NCBI GenBank assembly: GCA_900128585.1
Contig: LT642213.1
Location: 1-32,784, forward strand
Reading direction: 5' to 3'
Length of the DNA stretch: 32,784 bases
DNA from: Stramenopiles sp. TOSAG23-3
Lineage: Eukaryota
Part shown: piece after piece, positions 11,394 through 22,092 of the stretch
Layout: each line of letters starts with the position of its first letter
How positions within the stretch are numbered: position 1 is the stretch's first letter
The notes under the pieces: model-generated
Seen by the model: the letters and a program-made list of their open reading frames with translations, nothing else
The model's database searches: none
What the model was told of the DNA's origin: nothing
Program-made: the position numbers and the translations under genes

Positions 11394-11719
11394 TTAATTG
11401 GCTTCTGGCATAATAATCTTCTTCTCATTCTTCTTCATCATTTTTTTATTCATCTCATCCATCATAGCCACACACACATGATTTTTTTCTAGAAGTATGA
11501 ATAATGTTCATCTTATTTATAGAGAAAGAAAATAAGAAAGAAGGAGTGAGAGAGAGAGGAGAGAGAAAAGATTTTATATTTAAAGACTTAGGCCTTATAT
11601 TTGAAAAAGCAAAGAGCCAAATTTATATACACGACTACTTTATATATCGATTCTATACATATTAGTAGTAGCATCTATCTCTGTCTCTGGGTTCTTCCAC
11701 CGATATACCACACTATACC

Positions 11720-12775
11720 ATGGCTTCTATCGCGGAAACTGCTGCCGAAGGTGCTGCTGTGTTAGAGACGCCGTTAACGCCCGACGAGGCATTGTTTTTG
11801 AAATGCGCGCGGCAAAACGATGTGGGAACATTCTCCGATCTCATAAAGTCGAAGAAAGTCCATGCCTTCTTCCAAGACCCAAACACCGGCGAGTCCGCCA
11901 TGATGGCGGCCGCCACCCAGGGCCACGCCGAAATTATTAGCGTTTTAATTCAGAACGGGGCGCCGTGGAACGCGACAGATAGGTACGGGAAAAGCGCGGG
12001 GGACTACGCGCTAAAGGCAGGAAAGCAGGAGACGGTGAACCAGTTGGTACAGGCAGGGGTTCAGTCCGAGCTTATTTTTGCGGCGTTGGACGCAAACCGG
12101 CAGAAGAACCAGACCAAAATCCCGAAGGCGACGGAAAAACTGTTTTCAGAGCGGAACGTGCGGTACGAGGGGGACGCCCTCGTGGACGACGAGGATAGGG
12201 GCGTGATGATGGCGTGGGAAGCCCCGTTGATGGAGGCCCACGCGGGACTTCTGTGTGAAACGAAGGGGGACGTGTTGAACATTGGGTTTGGGATGGGGTT
12301 CATCGACACGGCGATTCAGCAGCACAACGTTCGCTCCCACACTATCATTGAAGCGCACCCCCAAGTGTACAAAAAGATGATTGCGGACGGCTGGGACAAG
12401 AAACCGAACGTAAAAATAGTTTTCGGAAGGTGGCAAGACGTTATCGACACATTGGGCCAAACGTTCGACGCCGTATACTTTGACACCTTTGACGACGTGG
12501 GGCACCTTCGGGAGTTCCACGCGCACCTGGGTAAGCTGGTAAGGCCGGGCGGCATGTACAGTTTCTTCAACGGGATCAGTGACAACGTCTTCTTCCTTGG
12601 TGTCGCGTGCGAGTGCATCAAGATCGAGCTGGGCCAGCTAGGGTTTTCCTCCGAGTTTTACCCCGTCGACATTGACGTCTCCGACCCTAACATTTGGAAA
12701 GGAACATCGTTTCGGTATTTTGAAAGCAACCAATACTACTTGCCCATGTGCATACGCGATGGCGTGTCAAAGTAG
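11720..12775 (+). CDS. RMT2: Protein arginine N-methyltransferase 2 (ankyrin repeats + RMT2/GAMT-type domain)
   Basis: Ankyrin segment (AATQGHAEII..L.QNGAPWNA.D), VMMAWEAPLMEAHA, SAM motif VLNIGFGMGFID, HTIIEAHP, GRWQDV, FDAVYFDTF and YSFFNG. Confidence 0.9.
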   Translation: MASIAETAAEGAAVLETPLTPDEALFLKCARQNDVGTFSDLIKSKKVHAFFQDPNTGESAMMAAATQGHAEIISVLIQNGAPWNATDRYGKSAGDYALKAGKQETVNQLVQAGVQSELIFAALDANRQKNQTKIPKATEKLFSERNVRYEGDALVDDEDRGVMMAWEAPLMEAHAGLLCETKGDVLNIGFGMGFIDTAIQQHNVRSHTIIEAHPQVYKKMIADGWDKKPNVKIVFGRWQDVIDTLGQTFDAVYFDTFDDVGHLREFHAHLGKLVRPGGMYSFFNGISDNVFFLGVACECIKIELGQLGFSSEFYPVDIDVSDPNIWKGTSFRYFESNQYYLPMCIRDGVSK

Positions 12776-13184
12776 ACGGGGGCCGCAACGGTTTATAAAT
12801 ACAATAGAGAGGGATCGGAGGAAGGAAGAAAGAAAGAATGAAAGAAAGCAGCGGTGCTGGTGCTTTATTTTCGCGCAAGGTGCGCCGGTTAATTTGAAAA
12901 GACAAAATAATGGCTGTGTTATTTTAGGCTAGTAAAGCTAAAGCGTACAAAGTATTTAAAATTTAAATTGTATGTGTGTCTATGTCCAGTAAAAGTTTTA
13001 CTTCCTTCATGTACTGGCGATTAAAAAAACACATGTACTGTGAATTATATTGAATATAAAATAAGATTTTAAGATCTTTACGAACCTTTGATACAAGCAC
13101 TTGCATTTTATGATTTACGAGAGAAGAGCTCTTACTTCCTCCCAGTCGAGATGCAGGCGGATGCACCATGATATGAATACGGAC

Positions 13185-14594
13185 TTACTTCTTTCCCTTT
13201 CGTTTGCGATGCTTTCGTTTTCGCTTCCGCCCCCTCCCGTTGTAACTGGTTATTGGCCGAATCTCTTGCGCGTCGTGAGACACGGGCTTATACGCCGGCA
13301 TCGCCGCTTTTCCGCGTTCAAACAATTCGTGTAGAGACGCTCGGTAACGGGCAAGGACGGCACCCCATGTGGTCCTCTGGCGCAACGTACTCCCGACCCG
13401 GTCGGCGGCCTCTATCCCTTTCGTGGCGTCTCGAAACTGTGCCGTACTGATGAAATCGTCGAGGATGCTTTTGTACGTGTTGAAATTTACGTTGCTGACG
13501 CCGCTGGCGTTCACTGCAAACGGAAGCAAAGGGCTCGCGCGGAATTGGACCATGTCCTCTTCGGCAGTTTCCCCCTTCTTTAAAAAATGCTTGAGGGCCA
13601 CGGTCAATTCGTCGCCCATCGCATCTTCGGCTAAAACGTGTCGCAGGGCAAAATGCAAAAGGTCGACCCACAGCGGCGGCTCAAACCCGACGGTCAGGTG
13701 AACGGAATCGTCCGGTAGGCTGTTGCAGTCTGCGTCGTGAATGAAGCCCCGTGGAATGTACAACGCGTCCCCTTGCTTTAGTACCCTTTCGAACAATGGC
13801 GTCCGCCGCCCCCTTTTCCCGCCCATGTACGTCGTCACTCGCTGCAGTGGCCAGTCGCTGCTAGGGAGGCGGGTGGGGGGTTGTTTGTACACGCGCCAGC
13901 GCTTGCTCCCCGCAAGCTGCAGCACGAAAACATCGTGGGAATCAAAGTGCGACTTGAACCCTTTGTTCTTCCCAGGGGTGTGGTACACGTTCATTTGTGC
14001 CCATATCCCCAGCCGCACCGTCACCATCTTCAAAAACGGCCGAACGACCCCATCTTCGTAATACTGGGCCCCGCTGTACACGGTCGAAAATCCCTGCCCG
14101 TGCGTGTACTCGATCGCAGCTTGGTCCCAAGCCTGTCTAGGGACGTACGCCCTTCGGTTTGCCTCGATGGTTTTTTTTGGAAACGCGTGCACGATTTCCC
14201 GTTTGTTCCAAAAAAGAAACGGGGCTACGTCCTTCCCCAACTTGGTTGCACGAATCGTGGGAAAGTTGTAGTTGTTCTTTCCGGTCAATCGAGGGTTCGG
14301 TTTGTACGCAGTATGCTGCAAAGCGTCGATTATGTTGCCGAGTTCTGGTCCGAAGTACGCCCGGTGATCGTTTCGGTCTAGCAATACCGGATGGTTTTCG
14401 AAATATTTCGCGTTGAACTCCTCGGGGGTCAGTGGGTAACTAAACCATGGCAAAGTGCCACGCCCATACCGTTTGGCCGCTGCCTTCGATGCACCTTTTG
14501 ATTCGGCCACAGACACATGGGATGGCGACGGGCGACATAGGGGTGTTTGAACGAGACTTCCAAGGATAACGCATACCAAGAAGAACTTTCTCAT
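13185..14594 (-). CDS. JmjC/cupin-4 2OG-Fe(II) oxygenase (RIOX/NO66/MINA/RoxA-like) with N-terminal signal-like segment and basic C-terminal tail
   Basis: PLTPEEF..KYFE..PVL, NVYHTP..GF.SHFDSHDVFVLQLAGSKRWRVY and L..GDALYIPRGFIHDA (HxD..H triad), SVHLTVG. First ATG at 14594. Confidence 0.85.
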   Translation of the reverse strand: MRKFFLVCVILGSLVQTPLCRPSPSHVSVAESKGASKAAAKRYGRGTLPWFSYPLTPEEFNAKYFENHPVLLDRNDHRAYFGPELGNIIDALQHTAYKPNPRLTGKNNYNFPTIRATKLGKDVAPFLFWNKREIVHAFPKKTIEANRRAYVPRQAWDQAAIEYTHGQGFSTVYSGAQYYEDGVVRPFLKMVTVRLGIWAQMNVYHTPGKNKGFKSHFDSHDVFVLQLAGSKRWRVYKQPPTRLPSSDWPLQRVTTYMGGKRGRRTPLFERVLKQGDALYIPRGFIHDADCNSLPDDSVHLTVGFEPPLWVDLLHFALRHVLAEDAMGDELTVALKHFLKKGETAEEDMVQFRASPLLPFAVNASGVSNVNFNTYKSILDDFISTAQFRDATKGIEAADRVGSTLRQRTTWGAVLARYRASLHELFERGKAAMPAYKPVSHDAQEIRPITSYNGRGRKRKRKHRKRKGKK

Positions 14595-14845
14595 CCCATA
14601 CCAGACCAACGTGCCCGATTTGAAGGTTTTAGTTCATATATACACCCCACACCGTAGTTGATTTGTAGTAAATATACCTTCAATGATTGCCCGCTTCATA
14701 GTTTGTGTCTTGGCTATATATACAGTCAAATTCATTCGTTTCTTTCTCGGTCTGCGAGCTGCGAGAAGATCTGCGAGAGAAGAAGATCTGCGAGAGAAGA
14801 AGATCTGCTGCTTGATAATACCCCTTGGTAGTAGGATGATAGAAT

Positions 14846-14884
14846 GGAGAAGAAGAAGAAAGAAGAAGAAAGAAGAAGAAGAAT

Positions 14885-14915
<31 letters not shown>

Positions 14916-15038
14916 AGAAGAAGAAGAAAGAAGAAAGAAGAAGTAAAAAGAAGAAGAAGAAGAAGAAGAAAGAAGAAGAAGAAGAAGAAGAAGAAAGAAG
15001 AAGAAGAAGCACAAAAAGAAGAAAGAAGAAGAAAGAAG
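14846..15038. repeat. (GAA)n microsatellite
   Basis: Direct reading. Confidence 0.95.
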
Positions 15039-15157
15039 GGTTTTTTAAGTAAGAATCGTCCATAGGAAAGGGTTAGATTATAGAACGATATACTGTGTAT
15101 ATATAATTTAATACTAAAAATATATTAAATTAGAATTGTTCAAATATATCTCGGTAT

Positions 15158-15474
15158 TAACATAATCACAGCATTAAATATCCATTCAATAACATAATCA
15201 CAGCATAGAATATATATTCAATAACATATAATCACGGCATAATTTTTTTTCATTAACATAATCACAGCATCAACTATCTATTCAATAACATATTCACAGC
15301 ATTAACTATCCAGTCATTAACATAATCACAGCATCAATTATCTATTCAATAACATATTCACAGCATTAACTATCCAGTCATTAACATAATCACAGCATCA
15401 ACTATATATTCAATAACATAACCACAGCATTTATGATAAATGATAATATAATCACAGCATCAATTGTCTATTCA
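15158..15474 (+). repeat. Tandem array of 10 x ~32 bp units with core TAACATAWTCACAGCAT
   Basis: Units are core + ~15 bp linker. The central units alternate (..caactatctattcaa / ..taactatccagtcat), giving a 64 bp higher-order dimer. Confidence 0.92.
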
Positions 15475-15961
15475 CCACAAATCGATCGAATTCTTACATA
15501 GGTGAATAAGAAATAAAATAGTACAATAACATATAGTCTAACAAAACACGAATATTTTATTTTGTGATGCATTTCGCTAATTTGCTTTGATAGATTAAGG
15601 TATATCAACTATACTGTTGTTAATAGAATTGGTACTTATGCCTCTAATTATAATATAATATTTTATTTATTTATATATTATTGTATACAAACACCTTACT
15701 TTAATTATGAAACGCGAAAGCGACAACAACAAACAACAACAAAAAAGAAGAAGAAGAATCGGAATTGAATAATGATAGAACAACAAAAGATTGCATTTGA
15801 GGACAGAAGAAAGAACGAAAGAATAGAAACGAGAAGAGGTATACGCGAGGGCAAGAGAAAGAGAGAGAGAGAGAGAGAGCCACAGAGAGCCACAGAGAGA
15901 TAGGCAAGATAGTATAATTACATTTGTTTGTGTGTGCGTATACATATTGATTCGTGAAGAG

Positions 15962-17990
15962 ATGGCGACACTACCACCACCACCACCACAACAGTTGGCG
16001 GCCTTTGGCCCGACTGCCTCGTGCGAGTATTTTGCGTTTGTGACGAACGACGGCCGGTTGCGGTTGTGGGAGACCAGCACCAACACCTTGAAGCAGGAGT
16101 ACACGGAGAACGACCACTTTTCCATTCGGTACACGTGCATGGCGTGGAAGGCGCCCGCGGGGGGGAAGGGGCAGGGGAAGAAGCGCCGAAAAACGTCGTC
16201 GCTGGGGAACATTCTATTGGGCACCTCGAACGGGGACGTCGTCGTCTGGGACCTAGAAGTCGGCCAAGTGCTCCACCGGATATCCGCGTACGCGAAAAAG
16301 CCCGTGTCCAGCATTGCCGTCGCGGAGGAGGTCATATACACTGCGTCCTCCGGGGACAGCAAAGTGAAACGGTTCAACGTCCACACCGGGGACAAGATCG
16401 ACGACGTCGAGGTGAACGCGAGCAAAGGCCTGGAGCGAGTGGCCGTGGACGCGGCCGGGAGCTCGTTCGCGGCCGGGAACGTGTCCGTCCAGCTGTGGGA
16501 CGCGTCGTCGAACGCCAAGGTGGCTCACTTCGGGGGGCACGCAAGGGCGATGAACGGGCTGAGGTTCTCCGCCGACGGGAAGTACCTGCTGTCGACGGCG
16601 AAGCATGACCGGTTCCCGGCCTTGTGGGACGTGGCGGCGGCCGCGGGGGGCGACTCGGAAGACGCCCGGCAGACCTTTACGATGGAAGCCCCCCCCGCTC
16701 TGCAGCGACATTTCCTGCGAGGGCGATGGACGGTACCACCTCCTTGCCGTCTCTGAGAACGGCAGGCTGAACGTTTGGGACTGGGAATCTTCTCCCACGG
16801 AATCGCCGGAGAAGAAATCGAAGAAGAAGAAGAAGAAGAAAAAGAAGAGCAAGCGCGAGTCGCTTGCGGTGCCCGCCTTGCCCTCGAACGGATCCACGGA
16901 CGACGAGCTGGCGCGGATATTTTCCGCGCGCTTCTGCTCCGAGGCCGACGGCGCGATTTTTGTGGCCCACGGCTCCCTTGCCGGGCCAATATTTGAGCGG
17001 GTATCATACCTGGACGATGGGAACAACGTGGTGGCAGACATTGTCGTGAAGTCCGCCGGGGTCGCCACGGACGCGTCCCTGCTGATGGGCCAGGGGGCTG
17101 CCAGCGCGGGCGCCAGCGCATCCCGGCGGGCCCACGTGGCCGGCACCGCGGAGAACGGGATCGTGTCGTGGCCGACGGACGCAACGGCGAACGGGGGCGG
17201 GGACGCCGGCAGCGAGGACGACGACGACGACGCGACGTTGGCCGAACGCGTGGACGCGCTCACGAAGCAGTTGGAAGTGAACTCAGAATCGGACGGAGAA
17301 GAGAACGAGAAACAGTCGTCTGCCATGCGGACGGCGGCTGCGCGCGCCGCGGAGATCGCGTCGACGGTAGAAGACGATAGTGTGTTGGGGTCCGGGCGCA
17401 CGCCCAGGGCAAGGTCGTTAGTTAAAATTTTAGAGCAAGCGTTGAAAGTATCCGACGACGCGCTTCTGGAGCACTGCCTGAGCACGTCGGATGTACATAT
17501 CATTCGTGAAACCGTGCAAGGGCTATCTGCCTTGTGCGTCACGCAATTTTTGACTCGAGTCATCAGCAAGTTTGAAGCCCGCCCGGCCCGGGCGGCCACC
17601 CTCTGCTTGTGGATCAAAACCATCGTAGAAACCCACGCGGGGTATTTGACCTCGTCCCAGGACGCCGTGGCTGCCCTGGGCAACCTGCACTCCACTGTAG
17701 ACACGCGTTTGGGCGTCTTCAAACGCCTCCTGAAACTCTCCGGTCGCCTCGACTTGATCCTTAGCCAGATTAACATGCTGCAGACCAACCGAACGGTGTC
17801 CTCGAGCGACGCCGGCGGGGTAGGGGGGAAACGGGCCAGAACGGTGTTCAAAGACACCGGCGTGGACGAGGAAGACAGCGACGGGGACGACGCATCGAGC
17901 GACGACGATGGGGAGGGCGTTCGTCCCGGCAGCCCTGGGGAAAGTAGCAGTGACAGCAGTAGCAGCGAAGACGACGAGGAGGAAGAGTAG
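15962..17990 (+). CDS. WDR43: WD40 + Utp12-domain SSU processome t-UTP subunit UTP5/WDR43; apparent +1 frameshift at C8 (16689-16696)
   Basis: N-terminal WD40 (FAFVTNDGRLRLWET..LKQEY; YTCMAW; LLGTSNGDV; FGGHA..LRFS) in ORF 15932-16756. C-terminal SLVKILEQAL..DDALLE.CL..I.ETV..L..LKLSGRLDLILSQI and an acidic tail in ORF 16605-17990. Confidence 0.88.
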
Positions 17991-18159
17991 GTAAGATAGG
18001 CATTCAAGTAGATAAAAGTTGGAATACAATATTCTCCCCTTTCTTTCTTTCGTTCTCTGTTCAAATGAGATTACAATCATACACATATACGAGTAAAAGA
18101 TACACTTCTTTCTTCTTCTTCTTGTCGCTCCTCCATTTTTTATTTTTGTTGTTATGATT

Positions 18160-18176
18160 ATGCTGTGATCCTGTTG
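18160..18176. promoter_or_regulatory. Recurrent intergenic motif copy (ATGCTGTGATCCTGTTG)
   Basis: Exact 8-mer core plus a TGTT half-site at the same spacing. Confidence 0.45.
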
Positions 18177-18700
18177 TGTTGTTGATAATATTTAAAAAAA
18201 ATAATAATTTATTATTATTTAAAAAAAAAAAAGGGAGAAGAATAATCCTCCCAAAGTTAATGGGGATTATCTGATGGAGATGTTGTGACCTGTATTTTAT
18301 AATATTTTATCTTCTTCTTTTTATATCTTCTTCTTCTTGCTTCTTCTTCTTCTTCTTTTTTGAATTATTATTGTTGTATTTATAAATGGTATTTCTATAT
18401 TATTATTATTATTATTTCATTTTTTTTCATTCTTCTCTTCTTTCTTCTTCTACCTTTTGGTTGGTATCTCTCCTCTCTTCTCTTCTCTCTATATTATTTA
18501 TATAATAATAATAATATGTATGATTCATTTTGAGAAGAAATGTAAAACAAATCATTGAAATCAATAAAGTTTCATTTAAATTCATAAGGAAATGAACGAA
18601 TAGGTAGACAGATTGGTATAATTTAATTGCGAGCAAACAAACACACACACACACAAAACAGAGATCACAGAACACAACACAGGACGTATAATTATACGGG

Positions 18701-20470
18701 ATGAATAGTGCTCAAACGACCCGTGCTGTACGGGGAGAGTTGCAGCGGTTGGTCCAGACGGGTGCTTATGCCTCTGCCTTGTCCCTTGGCCAAGGCTTGT
18801 TGATACAGTGCCCCATGAACAACCCCGCGAGCGAGAACGAAATGTGCGAGCTGCAAGTAGGTATATTAGATTTGATCGGGCAAGCGCTCGTTGGGCTGGG
18901 CGATTACCACCGTGCAATTAATTATTTTAGTCAGGCGGAACAGTTGCTCACGCGGAAAGCGCACCCGGACGCACTCCGGCGGGGCGTCGTGCGCGCGAGC
19001 CCTGGGGCGTACACCCCGACGTCGACCCCGTCCAGTGGGACACGGGGGAGCGGCAACAGCTCCGCGGCGACTATCGCTGCATGGTTGGAGACGGAGGAGG
19101 CTGGGAAAGTCTTTGAGATCTGCTTTTCCATCTGCAAGGCGTACTTGAAACTTCGCAACGAGCGCCAGGCGCTGGTCGCCGTAGAGCGAATTCCGGACAA
19201 AAAGCGCACTCCGCAGGTGCATTTGTGCATCGCCCAGCTGTACCAGCACCTTGGATCGACCCGTGCCGCCACCCAATCCTACAAGCTCGCGTGGACGGCG
19301 AACCCGTTCGCGCTGGAAGCGGCGCACGGGCTCGTGGAGCTGGGGGTGTCGGTGGAGGAAATCTTTGACATGACGGAGGGGGCGCTGGCGTCCGTCGCCC
19401 CGTGGCTGCGGCACATGGTCGAGGCGTACAGCTACGAGTGGAACCATCGGCCGAAACGGGGCCTGGAGGCGCTGGAAAAGCTCGGCCCGGCCTTTGACGG
19501 CAACAGCGCCTGCCTCGTGGCAAAGGGGAGGCTGTTGGCTATGTCGAAGAACGTCGAGGAGGCCGCCGAACTATTCTCCCGTGCGCACGCGCTCGACGAC
19601 ACCTCGTTCGACGGGATGGACATTTTTGCGTCGGTGCTCTACCAGCAGAAGGACTCCGTCAAGCTGAACCGGTTGACGCAAAAAATGCTGCAGATGGACG
19701 ACACTCGGGCCGAGGGGTGGACCGCGGCGGCGTACTACAGCCTCTGCAAACAAAATTTCGACAAGGCCCTCATGTACGTCGAGCAGGCCATCGAGTCCGA
19801 GCCAACGAACTACAACGCGCACTGCACGAAAGGGGAGATCCTGATGCTCCGCAGCAAGGAGCAGCAGCACGCCCACATGGACGCCATAAACGCCTTCAAG
19901 AAGGCGTGGCAAGTCCGCCGGGGCATTCGCGCCTGCCGGGGGCTGGTCGTCGCCTACCTGAAAGATGGGAACGTCAGCCAGGCCAGGGGGCTTTCCCGGG
20001 AGGCCAGGACGGGGATGCCCGAGAGCGTGGACGCGTGGATCATCCTCGGAAAGGTGTACGCCCACCTCGGGCGCAAAGGAAACTCTAGGAAAGAAAATTT
20101 TGAAAAGGCGAAGCGGGCGTACAAGAAGGCGCTGTCCATCGACCCCCGCAACGTCGAGGCGACGTACGAGACGTCAGACGTGCTGATATCGGAAGGGTTG
20201 CTCCTCTTGGCCGTGGAAACCCTCAAGGCGAGCCTTTTTTTTTGCAACGACCACGTTGGCCACACAAAGTTGGCAGAGGTGTACATTTTGAACAAGCAAT
20301 ACGACGAGGCGGTCGAGGCCTGCCAGATGGCGCTCAGCATGTCCCAGCACGACCCGACCGCCCTGCACACGCTAGAACGGGCCGAGAGAGGCCTGCGGGG
20401 GTTGGACCCGGATGGGGACGACGAGGGGGACGAAGGAGAGGGGGAAGGTAACGGCGATGATTCGTTTTGA
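18701..20470 (+). CDS. ANAPC7: Anaphase-promoting complex subunit 7 (TPR protein)
   Basis: TPR array with APC7-like motifs: A...ERIP.KKRTP..HL..AQLY, NPFALEA..GLVELGV, GMDIFASVL, and ALSMSQH..AL..LER followed by an acidic tail. Confidence 0.8.
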   Translation: MNSAQTTRAVRGELQRLVQTGAYASALSLGQGLLIQCPMNNPASENEMCELQVGILDLIGQALVGLGDYHRAINYFSQAEQLLTRKAHPDALRRGVVRASPGAYTPTSTPSSGTRGSGNSSAATIAAWLETEEAGKVFEICFSICKAYLKLRNERQALVAVERIPDKKRTPQVHLCIAQLYQHLGSTRAATQSYKLAWTANPFALEAAHGLVELGVSVEEIFDMTEGALASVAPWLRHMVEAYSYEWNHRPKRGLEALEKLGPAFDGNSACLVAKGRLLAMSKNVEEAAELFSRAHALDDTSFDGMDIFASVLYQQKDSVKLNRLTQKMLQMDDTRAEGWTAAAYYSLCKQNFDKALMYVEQAIESEPTNYNAHCTKGEILMLRSKEQQHAHMDAINAFKKAWQVRRGIRACRGLVVAYLKDGNVSQARGLSREARTGMPESVDAWIILGKVYAHLGRKGNSRKENFEKAKRAYKKALSIDPRNVEATYETSDVLISEGLLLLAVETLKASLFFCNDHVGHTKLAEVYILNKQYDEAVEACQMALSMSQHDPTALHTLERAERGLRGLDPDGDDEGDEGEGEGNGDDSF

Positions 20471-20751
20471 ATGGGGTGTGAATAAAAAAGACGTCAAAAA
20501 AAATGTATGTGTAATACGAAGTATAGAAACTTATGAGCGCCCGTAGTTTTGCGTGGTACGGTGGTGGTGTTTCGCTGTTATAAATTGTTTAAATGTTTTG
20601 ATGGTATGTTATGTTACAATCGTCCTCCTCTACAAGTATTCGTATTCATGAAAATGCATTTGTCTATTACTTTACATTGTTCCAGTCGAGTACGAGAGAG
20701 ATCCGGCGCCTGCTGCACCCTCCTCACACAGGGCCCTTCCCCCATGCATGC

Positions 20752-21198
20752 CTACCGGTATATGTGAGTTCGAGGGTCAAACGATTCCAAATCGTCCTCT
20801 ACAAACTCTGCCTGGATCGGCTGTGCAGCATAGCCCACGACGTAGCTCAAAAAACCAATCAGAGACACCATGCAATTTACAACTAGCAAGGCAATTCTAA
20901 GCCAGTAATTGGTGTACGTAAACTCTAAGTCTTCTACAATAAACTCGTTCGTCCGCGGCTCTTTCCTGGACCCTACGAAAAACAAGAAAGGAATACCAAA
21001 CATCAGCGCGGCGACGGCGTTCAACCCTGCCCTCGACCCTGCTTTCAATTTAATCACTTTGAGGTTCACAACGAGGCACAATACTATCATGAAACTACCC
21101 GTAAGCAACAACCAAAATAAACCTGGACCTATTGACCCGACCATCTCGGACGAGTTGGGCCGTTTGCCCCCGGCGTCTGTGCTTGGCGCGGCACCCAT
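20752..21198 (-). CDS. Small three-TM membrane protein of unknown function, possible N-myristoylation (MGAAPS)
   Basis: 148 aa ORF with three hydrophobic segments and an MGxxxS start. Confidence 0.65.
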   Translation of the reverse strand: MGAAPSTDAGGKRPNSSEMVGSIGPGLFWLLLTGSFMIVLCLVVNLKVIKLKAGSRAGLNAVAALMFGIPFLFFVGSRKEPRTNEFIVEDLEFTYTNYWLRIALLVVNCMVSLIGFLSYVVGYAAQPIQAEFVEDDLESFDPRTHIYR

Positions 21199-21963
21199 TT
21201 TTCACAAACCTAATAAGAAGGAGTTACTGAATTCAACGCACACACACAGTAGTGCACCTTAACAGAATTGACAACAAACGGTATTCGTTTCTTCACTGTA
21301 ACAAGCCACGCACACACAAACAATCCAACTCACTTCAATTATCGGAAAATTCTTCTTCTAATTCTTCGTTTCTTTCTTTTTTTTTAAACTCAAAAATAGA
21401 AGTTGTTGAACGAAAGGTTGTCCGCCTTTAAGTCGTCGTAAAAGAAAGAGCTGAAATGAGTTTATTGAAATTCTCTTGCTTCTTACGTTCTTTCTTTCTT
21501 TCTTTCTTTTCAACCAACAAACAACAACAATTCTTCTTCTTTCTTTCTTTCTTTCTTTCTTTCTTTTTCACTTTTTTTAATTTTAACTCTTTGCTGTGTA
21601 ATGTAATTTCAACAAACAAATTAATAATTAAAAAACCGTCATCATCATCTTCTTCTCATCATCATCAGCTCTTCTTCTTCCTTTTCCTTCGTCGATAATT
21701 AATTTTTTGTTTGATTAGATAGATACAAGCATACAGCGTTGATTTAAAAAATAACTGAAAATTTAAAAACAAAAAAGAAGAAGAATTAACGAACCGGTAG
21801 AATATAAATGTTTGTACTTATTTGCAATTCTATTTGTACTATATGTATCAATTCATTCTATATCTATATATATAAACACAGTGTTGGATAATTAATATAT
21901 AATTATATAGCATTGATTAAATTTCAAGTGATTCTTATAAGCTAAATATACGAGGAGAGCTGA

Positions 21964-22092
21964 ACTCTTCTTCACTCTTTTCTTCACTCTTTTCTTCACT
22001 CTTTTCTTCACTCTCTTTTCTTCACTCTCTTTTCTTCACTCTCTCACTCTTTTCTTCACTCTTTTCTTCACTCTTTTCTTCACTCTTTTCTT
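21964..22092. repeat. Minisatellite, ~10 copies of CACTCT(CT)TTTCTT (12-14 bp)
   Basis: Direct reading. Confidence 0.9.

Noticed and set aside
14752-14807. Short GCGAGAGAAGAAGATCT tandem duplication; also a 15 bp duplication at ~22572-22603
   Set aside because: Two to three copies, consistent with local slippage, and no other copies seen.
15158-15474. CRISPR array
   Set aside because: The linkers are only ~15 bp and are related or identical to each other, there are no cas genes, and the context is eukaryotic.
18242-18270. Imperfect hairpin ATAATCCTCCCA..TGGGGATTAT
   Set aside because: Single, short and bulged; no supporting context.
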